Assembly (NCBI GenBank): GCA_038087875.1
Contig: CM075992.1
Coordinates: 1,924,001 to 1,988,000, forward strand
Source of the DNA: Malacoraja senta
Lineage: Eukaryota
Length of the DNA stretch: 64,000 nt
Direction of reading: 5' to 3'
Within the stretch, counting starts at the first letter, position 1, and every line of letters begins with the position of its first letter. Below are positions 1 to 13,540 of the stretch, piece by piece. Under the pieces are notes generated by a model. That model did not search any database and was not told where the DNA came from. It saw only the letters and a list, made by a program, of their open reading frames with translations. A program made the translations under genes and the position numbers.

Positions 1-429
1 CTTTCAAACAGCTAATCAGTGGCTGCAGTGAAACACATAACAATTTAAAGAAAATTAGATTGAGATACACGAGAGATTCACAAGAAATTAAAGCGTTGCA
101 AAGACCAGCAGAAAATATATGATTTAAAAAAAATACAAGACTAAGGCACGATCACTATCATTGGTTAAAATACAGCCAGATTCTGCAGCAGCTCACTGTG
201 AGGTTCAAAAACGAAGCGTGCAGCGAGATAAAACTGAGGCTCACCTTTATAATAACTGAGAATGGTTAGGTCAGTCAGTTACAAGGAGAGAATCTATAAA
301 GGGAAGATTGTCCAAAAATAAAAATCCCCAGCTCTTGCACAGGAGAACCCCATTCACAGAACCTTCTCTTTGTTTATCAACGTGCGCAGCCTGACGATGT
401 GGCAGCTCAGTTAATCACTGTGTGCAGAG

Positions 430-595
430 CGAGAGAGAGAGAGAGAGAGAGAGTACAGAAGGGAAGCAAGGAAAGACTGCGGATCCAGCGGAGCTTGTGA
501 ATAAAGAAAGAGCTGTGATATGTGCTTGTGAGTGTGGACGTGTGTGTGTGTGTGTGTGAGTGAGTGAGTGAGTGTATGTGTGTGTGTGTGTGTGT
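430..595. repeat. (AG)n and (GT)n/(GTGA)n microsatellites
   Basis: Seen directly at about 430-452 and 540-595. Confidence 0.95.
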
Positions 596-999
596 TGGGG
601 GGGGAGCGACGGTGGAACTATACAGGGAGATTCTTGCAGTGCTTCTTATAGATTCACTTCCATGAGAGCTCACCAAGGAAGCAATGAGGAGGTATTTACA
701 TCATCCTATCTATCCCTTCAGAATACATGTATAAAAATATTTAAAGATAAATATTTAAATCAATTTAAGAAAAATATCCAGTTGGACAGTCACTTGCTCT
801 CTGGGAAATTAGTCACCGAACCACCTAAGAAGGCAAGATCTTCTTCTGACGTAACGGAACATCAATTATATAATGACAAGTTAAATTAACCTGGGGATTT
901 TTCCAGTTAAGGAAATAATTCACCCAATACTTCCCATGCAGGCAATGGTGGATTGTTTAGGCGCTGTTCTCAGGAATAAGAAAGTTAGCCTGGGATGCT

Positions 1000-1502
1000 A
1001 GTACAGAGAAGGTTCACCAGACTGATTCCTGGGATGGCAGGACTTTCACATGAAGAAAGACTGGATAGACTCGGCTTGTACTCGCTAGAATTTTGAAGAT
1101 TGAGGGGGGATCTTATAGAAACTTACAAAATTCTTAAGGGTTTGGACAGGCTAGATGCAGGAAGATTGTTCCCGATGTTGGGGAAGTCCAGAACAAGGGG
1201 TCACAGTTTAAGGATAAGGGGGAAGTCTTTTAGGACCGAGATGAGAAAAACATTTTTCACACAGAGAGTGGTGAATCTCTGGAATTCTCTGCCACAGAAG
1301 GTAGTTGAGGCCAGTTCATTGGCTATATTTAAGAGGGAGTTAGATGTGGCCCTTGTGGCTAAAGGGATCAGGGGGTATGGAGAGAAGGCAGGTACAGGAT
1401 ACTGAGTTGGATGATCAGCCATGATCATATTGAATGGCGGTGCAGGCTCGAAGGGCCGAATGGCCTACTCCTGCACCTATTTTCTATGTTTCTATGTTTC
1501 TA
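1000..1502 (+). mobile_element. CR1 LINE 3' fragment (young subfamily)
   Basis: ORF2 C-terminus RGDLIETYKIL...RTRGHSLRI...FFTQRVVNLWNSLP plus 3' UTR and (TTTCTATG)n tail. Confidence 0.93.
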
Positions 1503-1681
1503 AATTCTACCCAATGATGCCAGGGGCTAGGCTAGGCCAGTCTTGGGCAGAGTTCTAATGCTGTCCCTTGGTGAATATCCCACTAATGCCGACGATCTAA
1601 TTTCCAAAATAAATAATAGCCATTTGGAAAAAGCACCGAGAATCTTAATAGAAATTTACTGCAGTTTCATAATTATCATGT

Positions 1682-1887
1682 GAAACACAAGGTGCTGGAG
1701 GAACTCAGCCGGTCAGGCAGCATCTAGGGAGGGAGTGGACAGACGTCTTGGGTCGGGACGCTTCTTCAAGTCTGAACCTGAAACGTTGCCTGTCCATTAC
1801 CTCCACAGGTTCTGCCCGACTCACTGTGTTTCTCCAGCTATTTGTGTTTTGCTCTAGATTCCAGCACATGACGTTTCTTGTGTCTTT
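1682..1887 (+). mobile_element. Old palindromic Penelope-like (PLE) terminal fragment
   Basis: Inverted arms plus tail; flanking duplication ATAATTAYCATGT. Confidence 0.7.
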
Positions 1888-2248
1888 ATAATTACCATGT
1901 CTTCAGCTTTCGCCCAGAAAACAATGAGCATTCCAAATCTCTCCTATGGAAACAGGATTAGGGTGAACTTCCGCAGTAATTCCGCAAAGAAGCCCATCTT
2001 CCCCAACTGTCTCAGTGAAATCGATACGTGCAAATGAGGCGGATTTCTGCAAAGAGGCACAGGAAGAAATGGTCACCTGACCTTTGCCCTCATCGTAGGA
2101 GTGTTTGTAAAACAGGAACATTATATTAAAGTAGGGCTGGAGCGCTGATCCAGAAAAACGCTCTACTGAGACATGGAGTGAGGTTTGGAGGGTGAGATGG
2201 AGTTGGTAGGAATGGGTGCAGATTGCAATACCTAGGCCTTTTGAAAAG

Positions 2249-2879
2249 GAAACATAGAAACATAGAAAACAGGTGCAGGAGTAGGCCATTCGGCCCTTCG
2301 AGCCTGCACCGCCATTCAATATGATCATGGCTGATCATCCAACTCAGTATCCCGTACCTGCCTTCTCTCCATACCCCCTGATCCCTTTAGCCACAAGGGC
2401 CACATCTAACTCCCTCTTAAATATAGCCAATGAACTGGCCTCAACTACCTTCTGTGGCAGAGAATTCCACAGATTCACCACTCTCTGTGTAAAAAATGTT
2501 TTCTCATCTCAGTCCTAAAAGATTTCCCCTTTATCCTTAAACTGTGACCCCTTGTTCTGGACTTCCCCAACATCGGGAACAATCTTCCTGCATCTAGCCT
2601 GTCCAACCCCTTAAGAATTTTGTAAGTTTCTATAAGATCCCCCCTCAATCTTCTAAATTCTAGCGAGTACAAGCCGAGTCTATCCAGTCTTTCTTCATAT
2701 GAAAGTCCTGACATCCCAGGAATCAGTCTGGTGAACCTTCTCTGTACTCCCTCTATGGCTATAATGTCTTTCCTCAGATTAGGAGACCAAAACTGTACGC
2801 AATACTCCAGGTGTGGTCTCACCAAGACCCTGTACAACTGCAGTAGAACCTCCCTGCTCCTATACTCAAATCCTTTTGC
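2249..2879 (-). mobile_element. CR1 LINE 3' fragment (young)
   Basis: LYRVLVRPHLEYCVQFWSP...RVVNLWNSLP and (TTTCTATG)n tail. Confidence 0.95.
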
Positions 2880-2889
2880 AACATTTGGC

Positions 2890-4166
2890 AACCCTCAGCT
2901 CTTCCCAGAGCACTTTAGAACTAACTGTCCTTTAGAATGCCGGTTGCTATTATATTGTCAGATATGTGGCAGCCAATTTGCACACTACAGACCATAATTT
3001 GATAATGACTAATTAATCCACGTTCCTAACATTGAGTGATGGGTAAATACTACTTTAGGGTGGCTGCTTCCCTCCCCGGAGCGCCGCGGCAGCGGTGAGT
3101 GAGTTACTGGCATGATCCCCGACCCCCTCCTTCTCAATGCTCCTGCCCTCTCCGCAACTTTACCCCTGACCAGGCTCCCCACACGCTGTGAAAGGAACTC
3201 TCCCCCCAATTGGACCCTTGAACAAATGTTGTCATTCAATAAGATCACAACTGATTCAACTTCTCCCAGCGTGCTCCCGTTTTCCCCACCATCTCTCCAC
3301 TTGCCGTCACCCTCCACCCCCCCCACCCATTCAGTAATTCAGAATGAATGAGATCTGGAAGCCTTGGGCAAATTGCTTTCTTTATTTTTATTTTTTTGAG
3401 CGTGAGAAATTCTATGTCCCACCAGCCTTCTTTCAAAATTTAGCAACTCAGAATGGGGGTGCGTTTTCATTGCCGGGAAATACGATACTTTATTAAGAGA
3501 TTTGGCTTTATGAAAGTCGACTGACAGCTTACGGAGAGAACAATCTGTGCATGCGCGGTTTAAGATTTTTTCAAAGCCGACTGACTGCCTATCCTGAGTA
3601 ATTACTCACGGCACGTGCCTGGCTTGGTGTTGGTGTTAATTGTCCCTAGTAGTAGGATAGTGTTAATCTGCGGGGATCGCTGGTCGGTGCGGACTCGCCG
3701 AAGGGCCTGTTTCCCTGCTGTATCTCTAAACTAAACTAAACTAGAAAGGATGCTAGGTACAATTCACCTCTTTTTCTCTGGAATCTTTCACATCTACATG
3801 AGAGAACTTAACCTGAACCATGGCACCTCTGACAGAGCAACACACCCTCAGTTCCACACTATGGAGCATCAACCTTATGCACATCCGCCTTGAATTTCAC
3901 CCTGCTTGCTGCATTAAACAGGCTATGAAGTTACACTATATTATTCACGTTTTTAATGTTTTTCATATGGAAAGACTCCATGCCTTCTCACAAAGCATCT
4001 CATTAATCCTATCCCCCCCCACGTATTTTCATCTAAGATATTCTCCACTCTGAAATTTGGTTCCATTGACTTCATTTTGTCCTGACCAGGACAATTTTTC
4101 AGACAGTGGGACTTGAACACAAATTCTTCAGATTCAGAGGCAGGACTGTGACCAGACAAACCATGG
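2890..4166 (-). mobile_element. Fragmented ancient Deu-domain SINE (SacSINE1-like), interrupted by later insertions
   Basis: GCAGCCAATTTGCACA core near 2970, GGCACCTCTGACAG...CACCCTCAG near 3820-3850, and a tRNA-like head GGGACTTGAAC near 4108. Confidence 0.5.
3621..3743 (+). mobile_element. HE1-type SINE 3' part
   Basis: GGGGATCGCTGGTCGG...GAAGGGCCTGTTTCC...CTGTATCTC(TAAAC)n. Confidence 0.8.
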
Positions 4167-4589
4167 AAGGAGCACTACCCAGAGACGAAACATATAATTT
4201 ATGCTGTTTTACTTGTAGGGGGGCAATACTGGAATTAGATTAGATATATGTTACATCCATCTTTACACTGGATATCAGTGTGATAGCGATATCCTTTAAT
4301 ATTCCTTGAAGCTTACAGTCAATGAATGTTGGATGATATAACGGACTGACACAGTTATGAGGAAAGCTTATCATTCTGAAATGCTAATTAAGTCTAATTT
4401 TACAGAGACATACAGCAGGCCTGGAGGATGGTTCAAAATCCATTGTACTCTTTTTTTTTGAGATACTAGAAGTAATTTTCAAGGTTTCCAGAGGCTGCTA
4501 ATTTTTATTAATTCCTCACGGGGTCACTGGTAGCAGATTTAGACTTGTTCCTAACAAATGGAAGCAGCGTTTTTAATATTCCAGACCTT

Positions 4590-5310
4590 TACATTCTTCC
4601 ACCTTCATGGTTAAACATTTTCAAGAACTGGAAAAGACTGAATATGAAAACGTAACAATTATTATTTAAAAAAGTAAAATATTGTGGTTGCTATAAAATG
4701 TTCAGTAAGCCAGGCAGCATTTATGGAGAGGGAAACAGTGTGAATGTTGTGGTTTGATGAACCTTCATATGACACACCAATCTGAATTGTTCATCGTTTC
4801 GCTCTACACGGACACCTCAACCTCGTAAACATTTCTATTTACTGATTAGAAAACCAATGAACATCCTTCAATGTCTTCTCTTTCTCAAAAACAACAAGAC
4901 TACTTAGTTAAAGTTTCAGGAATTGGCTGAGATGCCATCTCCCAGCCATCCCTATTAAGATTAATCTAGTATGTGTAGTCTGAATACATAAGATAGATAT
5001 AAAGAATAAGTTAAAAGGATACTTGAAAAATATTAACAGGATTAGACAAAATCAACGGATTTCTATGAGAAATTGTACTTGACTAACCCAGTGGAGTTTT
5101 TTTGAGTATGCAACTGGAGGAATTGACAAGAGAAAACTAGTAGGGGTGGCTTACTTTGATTTTCAGAAAGCCTTTCATAAAATCACATTTTTAAATGGTT
5201 GGTTTTTAGGCATAATGAATTGAAAATTAGTAATAGAAGATGGGATTAAATTGGTCTTATTTGTGGTGGTAGGTGGTAATTTGTGGGTTACCACAGGGAA
5301 GAATGTTGAA
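4590..5310 (+). mobile_element. Ancient decayed CR1 reverse-transcriptase fragment
   Basis: Degenerate CLTN.EFFE...YFDFQKAF-type motifs around 5060-5190. Confidence 0.6.
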
Positions 5311-6661
5311 AATATTTAAATTTGTATTTATTTACTTTTTTGTCATACAAATTTCGTAAGAATGAATCCTTATTCTAGATCCCAAACATTTTGGTAGTAA
5401 TTTGCGAATTCTTTAAGGGTGAACTTCCATTATCCAAATTGCCGTAACCAAGGGGTTCCCTGGAGTCTTGCATGTCTGTATCTGTGAGCTGATTACGTCG
5501 AAAATATCTCACTGCTTTTATTTCTCCCACATGATAACAAGACTAGTGATAACATAATTATAGTTCTGAGGTTTTTGCTCTGTTACCCTATGATAAACGT
5601 TGTGGACTCTTTTTAATCCATATTGACGGATTTTTCAGAACCTTTGAAGCAGATAATTACTTAGCCCTACTCCTCCAGTCAAAAGCTGATGGAAGGAATT
5701 TTATGAAAGTGTAACCTAAGACCATCAGCAAATACATAAAAGGTCACGGAATCCATCAACAGTATTTCCTGCAGGTGATTAGTGACATTTGGCATGGATG
5801 CTCGAACACCGTGAATGTAAGCCTGCACTGAGTTTATTCATGTGCTTAACTTCACTCGTCAGTGGTGACTGGGCATAAATTGGGTGGAAATTACAAACAA
5901 ACAAACAAACATCACAAAATTGGGACATCCATACTTGAAGAGATTGCAATTGTATTTTCTCCCCTTAAAGGTGTATACCTTTAACACCCTGAGTTTTCCT
6001 AAAGGGAAGGGAGTGTGGAAATAGTGGGACAAAAATATAGATGGGGAATAGAGACGGAGGAAGGAATTAGGAGAAGGGTGTGGTGGGGTATCCCTGACAT
6101 GGAGTGCCCCAAGTGGACTCTTTGCCAAGTTGGGCTGCAGCTAAAGCAATAGTCAAACCACAGCAATCTTTAGCAGTGCTTCCCATGCCAAAGGGCAACA
6201 CTCAGTGGGAATCAATACTGATTTTATAACTTCTGCAATATTAATACACTTACCTGTTATTTTCAATAATTTGTTTTCTTAATTTGCATGCAATCCATCT
6301 TAAATATTCATCCATGTTTTAAATGTACGGGAGACCATCAGTTCTGCAAAAGGGTCCGTGATTATGTTTCCTTTCCACAAATGTGGTCTGACCTGTTGTG
6401 TGTTTCCAACAAGTACTGGTTTTTAGTTTGGAATTCCAGCAAGCCTGTTTTTTTTAATTTTTCTAAAATCAATAACTTTTGTTCAGCTGCTGGTTATAAT
6501 CAGATACAAGGTAGTCCCAAAATGCTGGAGTAACTCAGCGGGTCAGGCAGCATCCCTGGAGAGAAGGAATGGGTGGCATTTCGTGTCGAATCTGAAGAAG
6601 GGTTTCGACCCGAAACATCGCCCATTCCTTCTCTCCAGAGATGCTGCCTGACCCGCTGAGT

Positions 6662-6662
<1 letters not shown>

Positions 6663-6698
<36 letters not shown>

Positions 6699-6878
6699 TT
6701 ATTGGCCAAGTATTCACATACAAGGAATTTGCCTTGGTGCTCCGCCCACAAGTAACAACATGACATACAGTGACAGTTACGAATGACTCAGAAAACACAA
6801 AAAATTAATAATAATAACATATTAATGATAAATCACCATTGATCAAGCATGTGAACCAACAAAATACCAGATCCAGCA
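6663..6878 (-). mobile_element. Rex1/Babar-type LINE 3' UTR with (TTAC)n tail
   Basis: Same 3' UTR as 47065-47310, which still carries the ORF end FFPRVIALLN. Confidence 0.75.
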
Positions 6879-6935
6879 TGTTGCTCCAGCATTTTGTGTC
6901 TACCTTCGATTTAAACCAGCATCTGCAGTTCTTTC

Positions 6936-7115
6936 ATAGATACATAGATACATAGAAAATAGGTGCAGGAGTAGGCCATTCGGCCCTTCGAGCCTGCACC
7001 GCCATTCAATATGATCATGGCTGATCATCCAACTCAGTATCCCGTACCTGCCTTCTCTCCATACCCCCTGATCCCTTTAGCCACAAGGGCCACATCTAAC
7101 TCCCTCTTAAATATA
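6936..7115 (-). mobile_element. Short young CR1 3' end inserted in a PLE tail
   Basis: CR1 3' UTR with (TATCTATG)n tail. Confidence 0.9.
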
Positions 7116-8449
7116 TTTCCTACACATATAATCAGATACACATGCATACTGCATGGCAGGGTAGACTTGATGGGCTGAATGGACTAATTCTGTCCATATC
7201 ACTTATGAACTTGTAAGCAAAGAACAGAGGTGAACGATATGCGAGAAAACGAATCCAAAATTCAACACAACAAAGTGTTAACGAAACTTACCAATTTCAA
7301 GATTACATTGAACTAATGATTCCTTGAAGCACTAGAGTCATCATTTGCAACACCAGCAATGACATAAATGAAAATAAATATATTGACAATCCTCCGACGG
7401 GTTGGGCAAGTCTCTCACTCACAGAAACCTGCACGCAGAGCGGGGAAAGCAGAGTTGAGGCCAGGGGTTCGTGTGCAGGAGGAAAGGGATTGCAGCATGT
7501 TCTATCCCCACGTCTTTCAACTGAGAAAGAGTTGCAGGCTGCAAGTCATGTGATGCAGCAAACATCGTATTTCCATATCTCTTAATTTGCAATCTGATGA
7601 GAGATCCATAGGAAGAAATTCGTTTGGGAGTTGAGCGAGACCAAATTAGTGCTGCGTCTAGGACCTAAATATACAATTTAGGCCACTGTCGGCTTTCCAA
7701 AATAGCTTTTAAAGGTTGGTTGAATGCAGAGTCAAAGACAATTGGGATTATGAGAAGGAAGAGCCAGAGGATTATAAACAGGAAAAGGAGGAATATTCAG
7801 ACAAGATAACATCTTATCAGTAACCTTATCTGCCACTTAGTCCCACCATTGAACTTGACTGTAAGGTAACTGAGTGCCTTAATTAGTCATGACCTTATTA
7901 ACTTCGACAGCCTGGTGCTAAAAACATCATGATTTGATAATAATTTAGCCTTAACGGAGGCCCAATGTTTACCAAATCTTAACGACTTGCTGTCTGTTAA
8001 GGTCCAACTACAAAATGCAATACATAAAATTATAAATATAGCTTAGAACGACTTTGTACCTCTTCCAGTTCTTAAAAGAGCTGTAAAGTTTGTCTCCGAG
8101 ATTTCCAAATGTCCTCCATATTTGTGTCCTCTGGCTATTGCCTGACCCGCTGCTGAGTTACTCCAACACTTTGTGCTTTGTAACATTTGTCTTGATCATC
8201 TCCTGGATCACTTTAATTTTTTTCCACTTCAAGTAATTATCTAAATTCTTTCTCAAAGCTTCTATTGAATTGGCTCATACAATCTTGGAACATGACATCT
8301 CGTGGTGTAAAATAATATCTCATTATCCCTCCTCCCATTCTTCTGTCAATCCTCCGAAATTGTGTTATCTGGTTATTGGTTCTTTAATCTCTCACTGGAA
8401 TAAGTTTCTATCTTCTTATTTTCTCTCATGTATTTCAACACTTCTATGA

Positions 8450-9177
8450 AATGTGGGAAGGGACAAAATTGCTGAGGCCCTGACAAAGAATTGTATATCT
8501 TTATTAATCCTGGGTGAAGTACTGGGAGATTGGTGGTTGACTAACCAGTCTAGTTGCCATACTACTGAAGGATGTGATTAAGCTTGAGATGGTGCAGAAA
8601 AGATTCATAAGGATGCTGCCAGGTCTGGAGGGCTTGAATTTATGGAATGACTGGATAGGCTGGTATTATTTTCCCTGGAGTGAAGGAATCTGAGAGCTGG
8701 CCTTATCGAGGTTTATAAAATCACGAGGAACATAGATAGAGTGGATGATCACAGTCATAATCTCCGGGTGGGGATGTCTAAAACTAGAGAGCATGTATTT
8801 AAGGTGAGAGGACGAAGACTTAAGGAGAACAAAGGGGCAGGTTTTTCACAAAAAAGGGTAATGGCAATAAAGAACAAACTGCCATAAGGAGTGTAGAGGC
8901 AGGTAGAATTAAAAGTCACCAGGACTGTCGTACACCACTGATCACAGGCCTCTAATCTGAAAAGTAATCTTTCATTACCATTCGGATAGGCCCTGTCATT
9001 CACTGTGCATGTCCTGCTCTTGTTAAGCTTCCTAAATGTATCACTTCACACTTTTCTGAGTAAATTTGCCATTCCTTTGCCTTTGATCTCGATCTTGTTG
9101 TAACCTTAGACAACTTCTTCACTGTCCACTATACCACCAATTTAAGTGTCATCCACAACCTTACTATTCATGCCACC
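8450..9177. mobile_element. Ancient CR1 fragments (+ then -)
   Basis: Degenerate KDVIKLE.VQKRFIRMLPG...EVYKI motifs on +, followed by a minus-strand RT remnant. Confidence 0.6.
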
Positions 9178-9230
9178 TAAGGTAGACAAAAATGCTGGAG
9201 AAACTCAGCGGGTGAGGCAGCATCTATGGA
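9178..9230 (-). mobile_element. PLE family B arm truncated by the gap
   Basis: AGGTAGACAAAAATGCTGGAGAAACTCAGCGGGTG. Confidence 0.85.
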
Positions 9231-9430
9231 NNNNNNNNNNNNNNNNNNNNNNNNNNNNNNNNNNNNNNNNNNNNNNNNNNNNNNNNNNNNNNNNNNNNNN
9301 NNNNNNNNNNNNNNNNNNNNNNNNNNNNNNNNNNNNNNNNNNNNNNNNNNNNNNNNNNNNNNNNNNNNNNNNNNNNNNNNNNNNNNNNNNNNNNNNNNNN
9401 NNNNNNNNNNNNNNNNNNNNNNNNNNNNNN
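9231..9430. other. Assembly gap (200 N)
   Basis: Run of N; the left contig ends inside a PLE arm. Confidence 0.99.
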
Positions 9431-9594
9431 AGTGGCCTTAGGGAGTGTGATCCGGAGCGGATGAGGTGAGCCGACCTCCCACTCGTCTGTAGCTCCACCT
9501 CGTAACCCCCTCTCCCTCCCTCCCTCCCTCCCTCCCTCCCTCCCTCCTTCCCCTCCCCGGTACCATTGTGCCGCCCGCAGCCTCCTAGCTAGTC
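9431..9594 (+). promoter_or_regulatory. GC/CpG-rich 5' UTR or proximal promoter segment of the PDE4A4-type exon
   Basis: CpG-rich unique sequence with a (CTCC)n tract directly upstream of the ATG; the upstream part is lost in the gap. Confidence 0.4.
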
Positions 9595-9815
9595 ATGGAT
9601 CCTCCGACGTGTTCGCCCAACACCTTGAAACCCCCGCAGCACCTGTGGAGGCAACCCCGGACCCCCATCAGGATCAAACACCGCGGCTACTCGGACACCG
9701 ACAGGCATGTCCATCCACCCATCGAGCGATCCAACGCCGTGGACACCAGCGACAGACCCGGCCTCAACAAATCCCGCATGTCCTGGCCTTCATCCTTCCA
9801 AGGAACACCCAGACG
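9595..9815 (+). CDS. PDE4A: Alternative first coding exon of a long-form cAMP-specific phosphodiesterase 4 (PDE4A4/PDE4A5-type unique N-terminus); partial CDS
   Basis: Translates [73 protein letters not shown](R). This matches mammalian PDE4A4 motifs ([48 protein letters not shown]). It ends AGACG|GTAGGA, a phase-2 donor as expected for splicing onto the UCR1 exon. PDE4D4 is the main alternative assignment. Confidence 0.85.
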
Positions 9816-9891
9816 GTAGGAACCGAACTCAAATGACTCTGCGGCCAAATGCCACTGACCACCTTGAGAACTGTGAGCGTGAATGGCAGAG

Positions 9892-9996
9892 CGGGCCACT
9901 ACCCACCCACCCGGGCCACTACCCACCCACCCGGGCCACTACCCACCCACCCGGGCCACTACCCACCCACCCGGGCCACTACCCACCCACCCACCC
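9892..9996. repeat. 20-bp minisatellite x5 (CGGGCCACTACCCACCCACC)
   Basis: Units start at 9892, 9912, 9932, 9952 and 9972. Confidence 0.95.
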
Positions 9997-10151
9997 GCTC
10001 TGCCATTCACACACAGTTCTCAATGTCCCTGCTTGTATATTGTCTGGAGGTTCTTACACCCCCCCCCCCCCCCCACAACTTGGCACAAGGGTGCGAAAGT
10101 TTTCCCAGTTTTATTTTCAACCCGTTTAAAATGTGGACTGATATCAGCAGT

Positions 10152-11921
<1,770 letters not shown>

Positions 11922-11956
11922 AGTGTTACAGGTGTTGTCCGCCCCGACACTGCACT

Positions 11957-12187
11957 GTGTAGCCAGGAACTGTACATGCTGGTTTCAACCGAAGATAGAC
12001 ACGACATGCCGGAGTAACTCAGCGGGACAGGCAGCAGCATCTCTGGAGAGAAGGGATTGGGTGACGTTTCGGGTCGAGACCTTTCTTCAGACTCAAGTCG
12101 ACCCGAAAGGCCGAAACGTCCCCCGTTCCTTCTCCCCAGAGATGCTGCCTGTCCCGCTGAGTTACTCCAGCGTGTCGTGTGTGTCCA
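11957..12187 (-). mobile_element. PLE family A palindromic fragment
   Basis: Inverted arms with the tail on the left. Confidence 0.85.
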
Positions 12188-12189
12188 CA

Positions 12190-12950
12190 ATGCAGTGTCA
12201 GGGCAAGGGACAGCGTTTGTTCAACGCGTTTAGTGTCTAACCCTTGGAGACAGACTGGGTAGAATGCAAGTGCGTGAGACCGTAAGCGCAGTGTCTGTGC
12301 AGTGCGTTTAACGTCTGACCCGTCGCCACAGGCTCTGTCCGGCGAGCTAGTGTCTGTCCAGCGAGTCTAATGTCTGACCCGTGGCTTCTTGGACTGTCCA
12401 ACGAGCCAGTACATGGGCAGTGGGGACAGTGTCTATCCGGCGCAGTTAATGTCTAACCCGTGCCCACAAGCTCTGTCCAGCGAGGCACTGTCTGTCCAGT
12501 GGGTTTAATGTCCATTCTGTGGCTGTAGGGTCCATCCAGACTGGACAGAATGTGAGTACGTGGGACAGTGGCTGTGCAGTGGCTTCCATGTCTATTCCAC
12601 GACAGAGGCAGCATCTGGGTAGCAGTGACAGTGGCTGGCTGTCCAGTGCCTTTGATGTCCCAGCTTGGCCACACCGAATGCAAGTGTGTGGGACCGTAGG
12701 GGCAGTGTCCATGTTTTAATGTGTAACCCTGTGCCACAGATTCTGTCCAGTGAGGCAGTGTGTGGGCAGTATGGACTAGACAGTGTGTTTGACGTTTATT
12801 CTGTGGCCATGTGTTCTGTCCAGTGAGGCAGTGTGTGGGCAGCAGGGGCAGGGTCTATAGAGTGGGTTTAATGTTTATCCCGTTGCCAACAGGGTCCTTC
12901 CAGCCAGGCAATGTCTGGGAGTAGGGACAATATTTGCTCAGTAGGTTGTG
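12190..12950. repeat. Degenerate tandem repeat (~60-80 bp units)
   Basis: Recurring CAGTGTCTGTCCAG...TTTAATGTCTRACCCGTG...CTCTGTCCAG motifs. Confidence 0.7.
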
Positions 12951-13286
12951 AGTCTGCTGAGCTTTTGCCATCATTGCTTGCTGCTTAAGGATGATACTCA
13001 TGTGTGAAAATTGCTGTTACGTCACTTGCATGGTACCAAAATACACCGGTGACAAATAAGATTCCTTCACAATGCTGCCCGCCTGTCTCCACAACACATA
13101 CCGTACCAAATCTGCTTCTATTTATGTCCTTTTTTCCCCGGATTGTTTTGGCCTCCTCCCCAGAAAGTGTTGACGTGCTGTGGTTTAGGGGTCTTTAGGT
13201 GCCAAGTTCCAAATGTGCATGCGCCATGCGTGAAGCTGGCATGTGAGTGCTGACCCAACCTCACTTCTCCCAATACCAACACTTTA

Positions 13287-13540
13287 GTGTAGGAAGGAAC
13301 TGCAGATGCTGGTTTAAACCGAAGACAGGCACAAAAAGCTGGAGTAACTCAGCAGGACAGGCAGCGTCTCAGGAGAGAAGGAATGGGTGACGTTTCGGGT
13401 CGAGACCCTTCTTCAGACTAACCAGTCGGGATCCTTCTTCCCTAGCTAGTCTGAATAAGAGTCTCGATCCGAAACGTCACCCATTCCTTCTCTCCAGAGA
13501 TGCTGCCTGTCCCGCTGAGTTACTCCAGCTTTTTGTGTCT
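13287..13540 (-). mobile_element. PLE family A palindromic fragment
   Basis: Head-to-head arms, both retaining the CTGAANA...GAAACGTC motif. Confidence 0.88.

Larger units (their letters stand above)
6509..7126 (+). mobile_element. PLE family A palindromic insertion hosting nested Rex and CR1 fragments
   Basis: Inverted arms and tail; 14-bp TSD TATAATCAGATACA at 6495-6508 and 7127-7140. Confidence 0.85.

Noticed and set aside
3112..3351. ORF with ATLPLTRLP resembling PDE4B1 RPTTLPLTTLP
   Set aside because: Flanking conserved residues (LPPL, RP, IAIT) and suitable splice sites are missing.
3455..3488. Tc1/mariner-like terminal sequence GGGTGCG...GGGAAATACGATA
   Set aside because: No matching left TIR was found, so it is not called.
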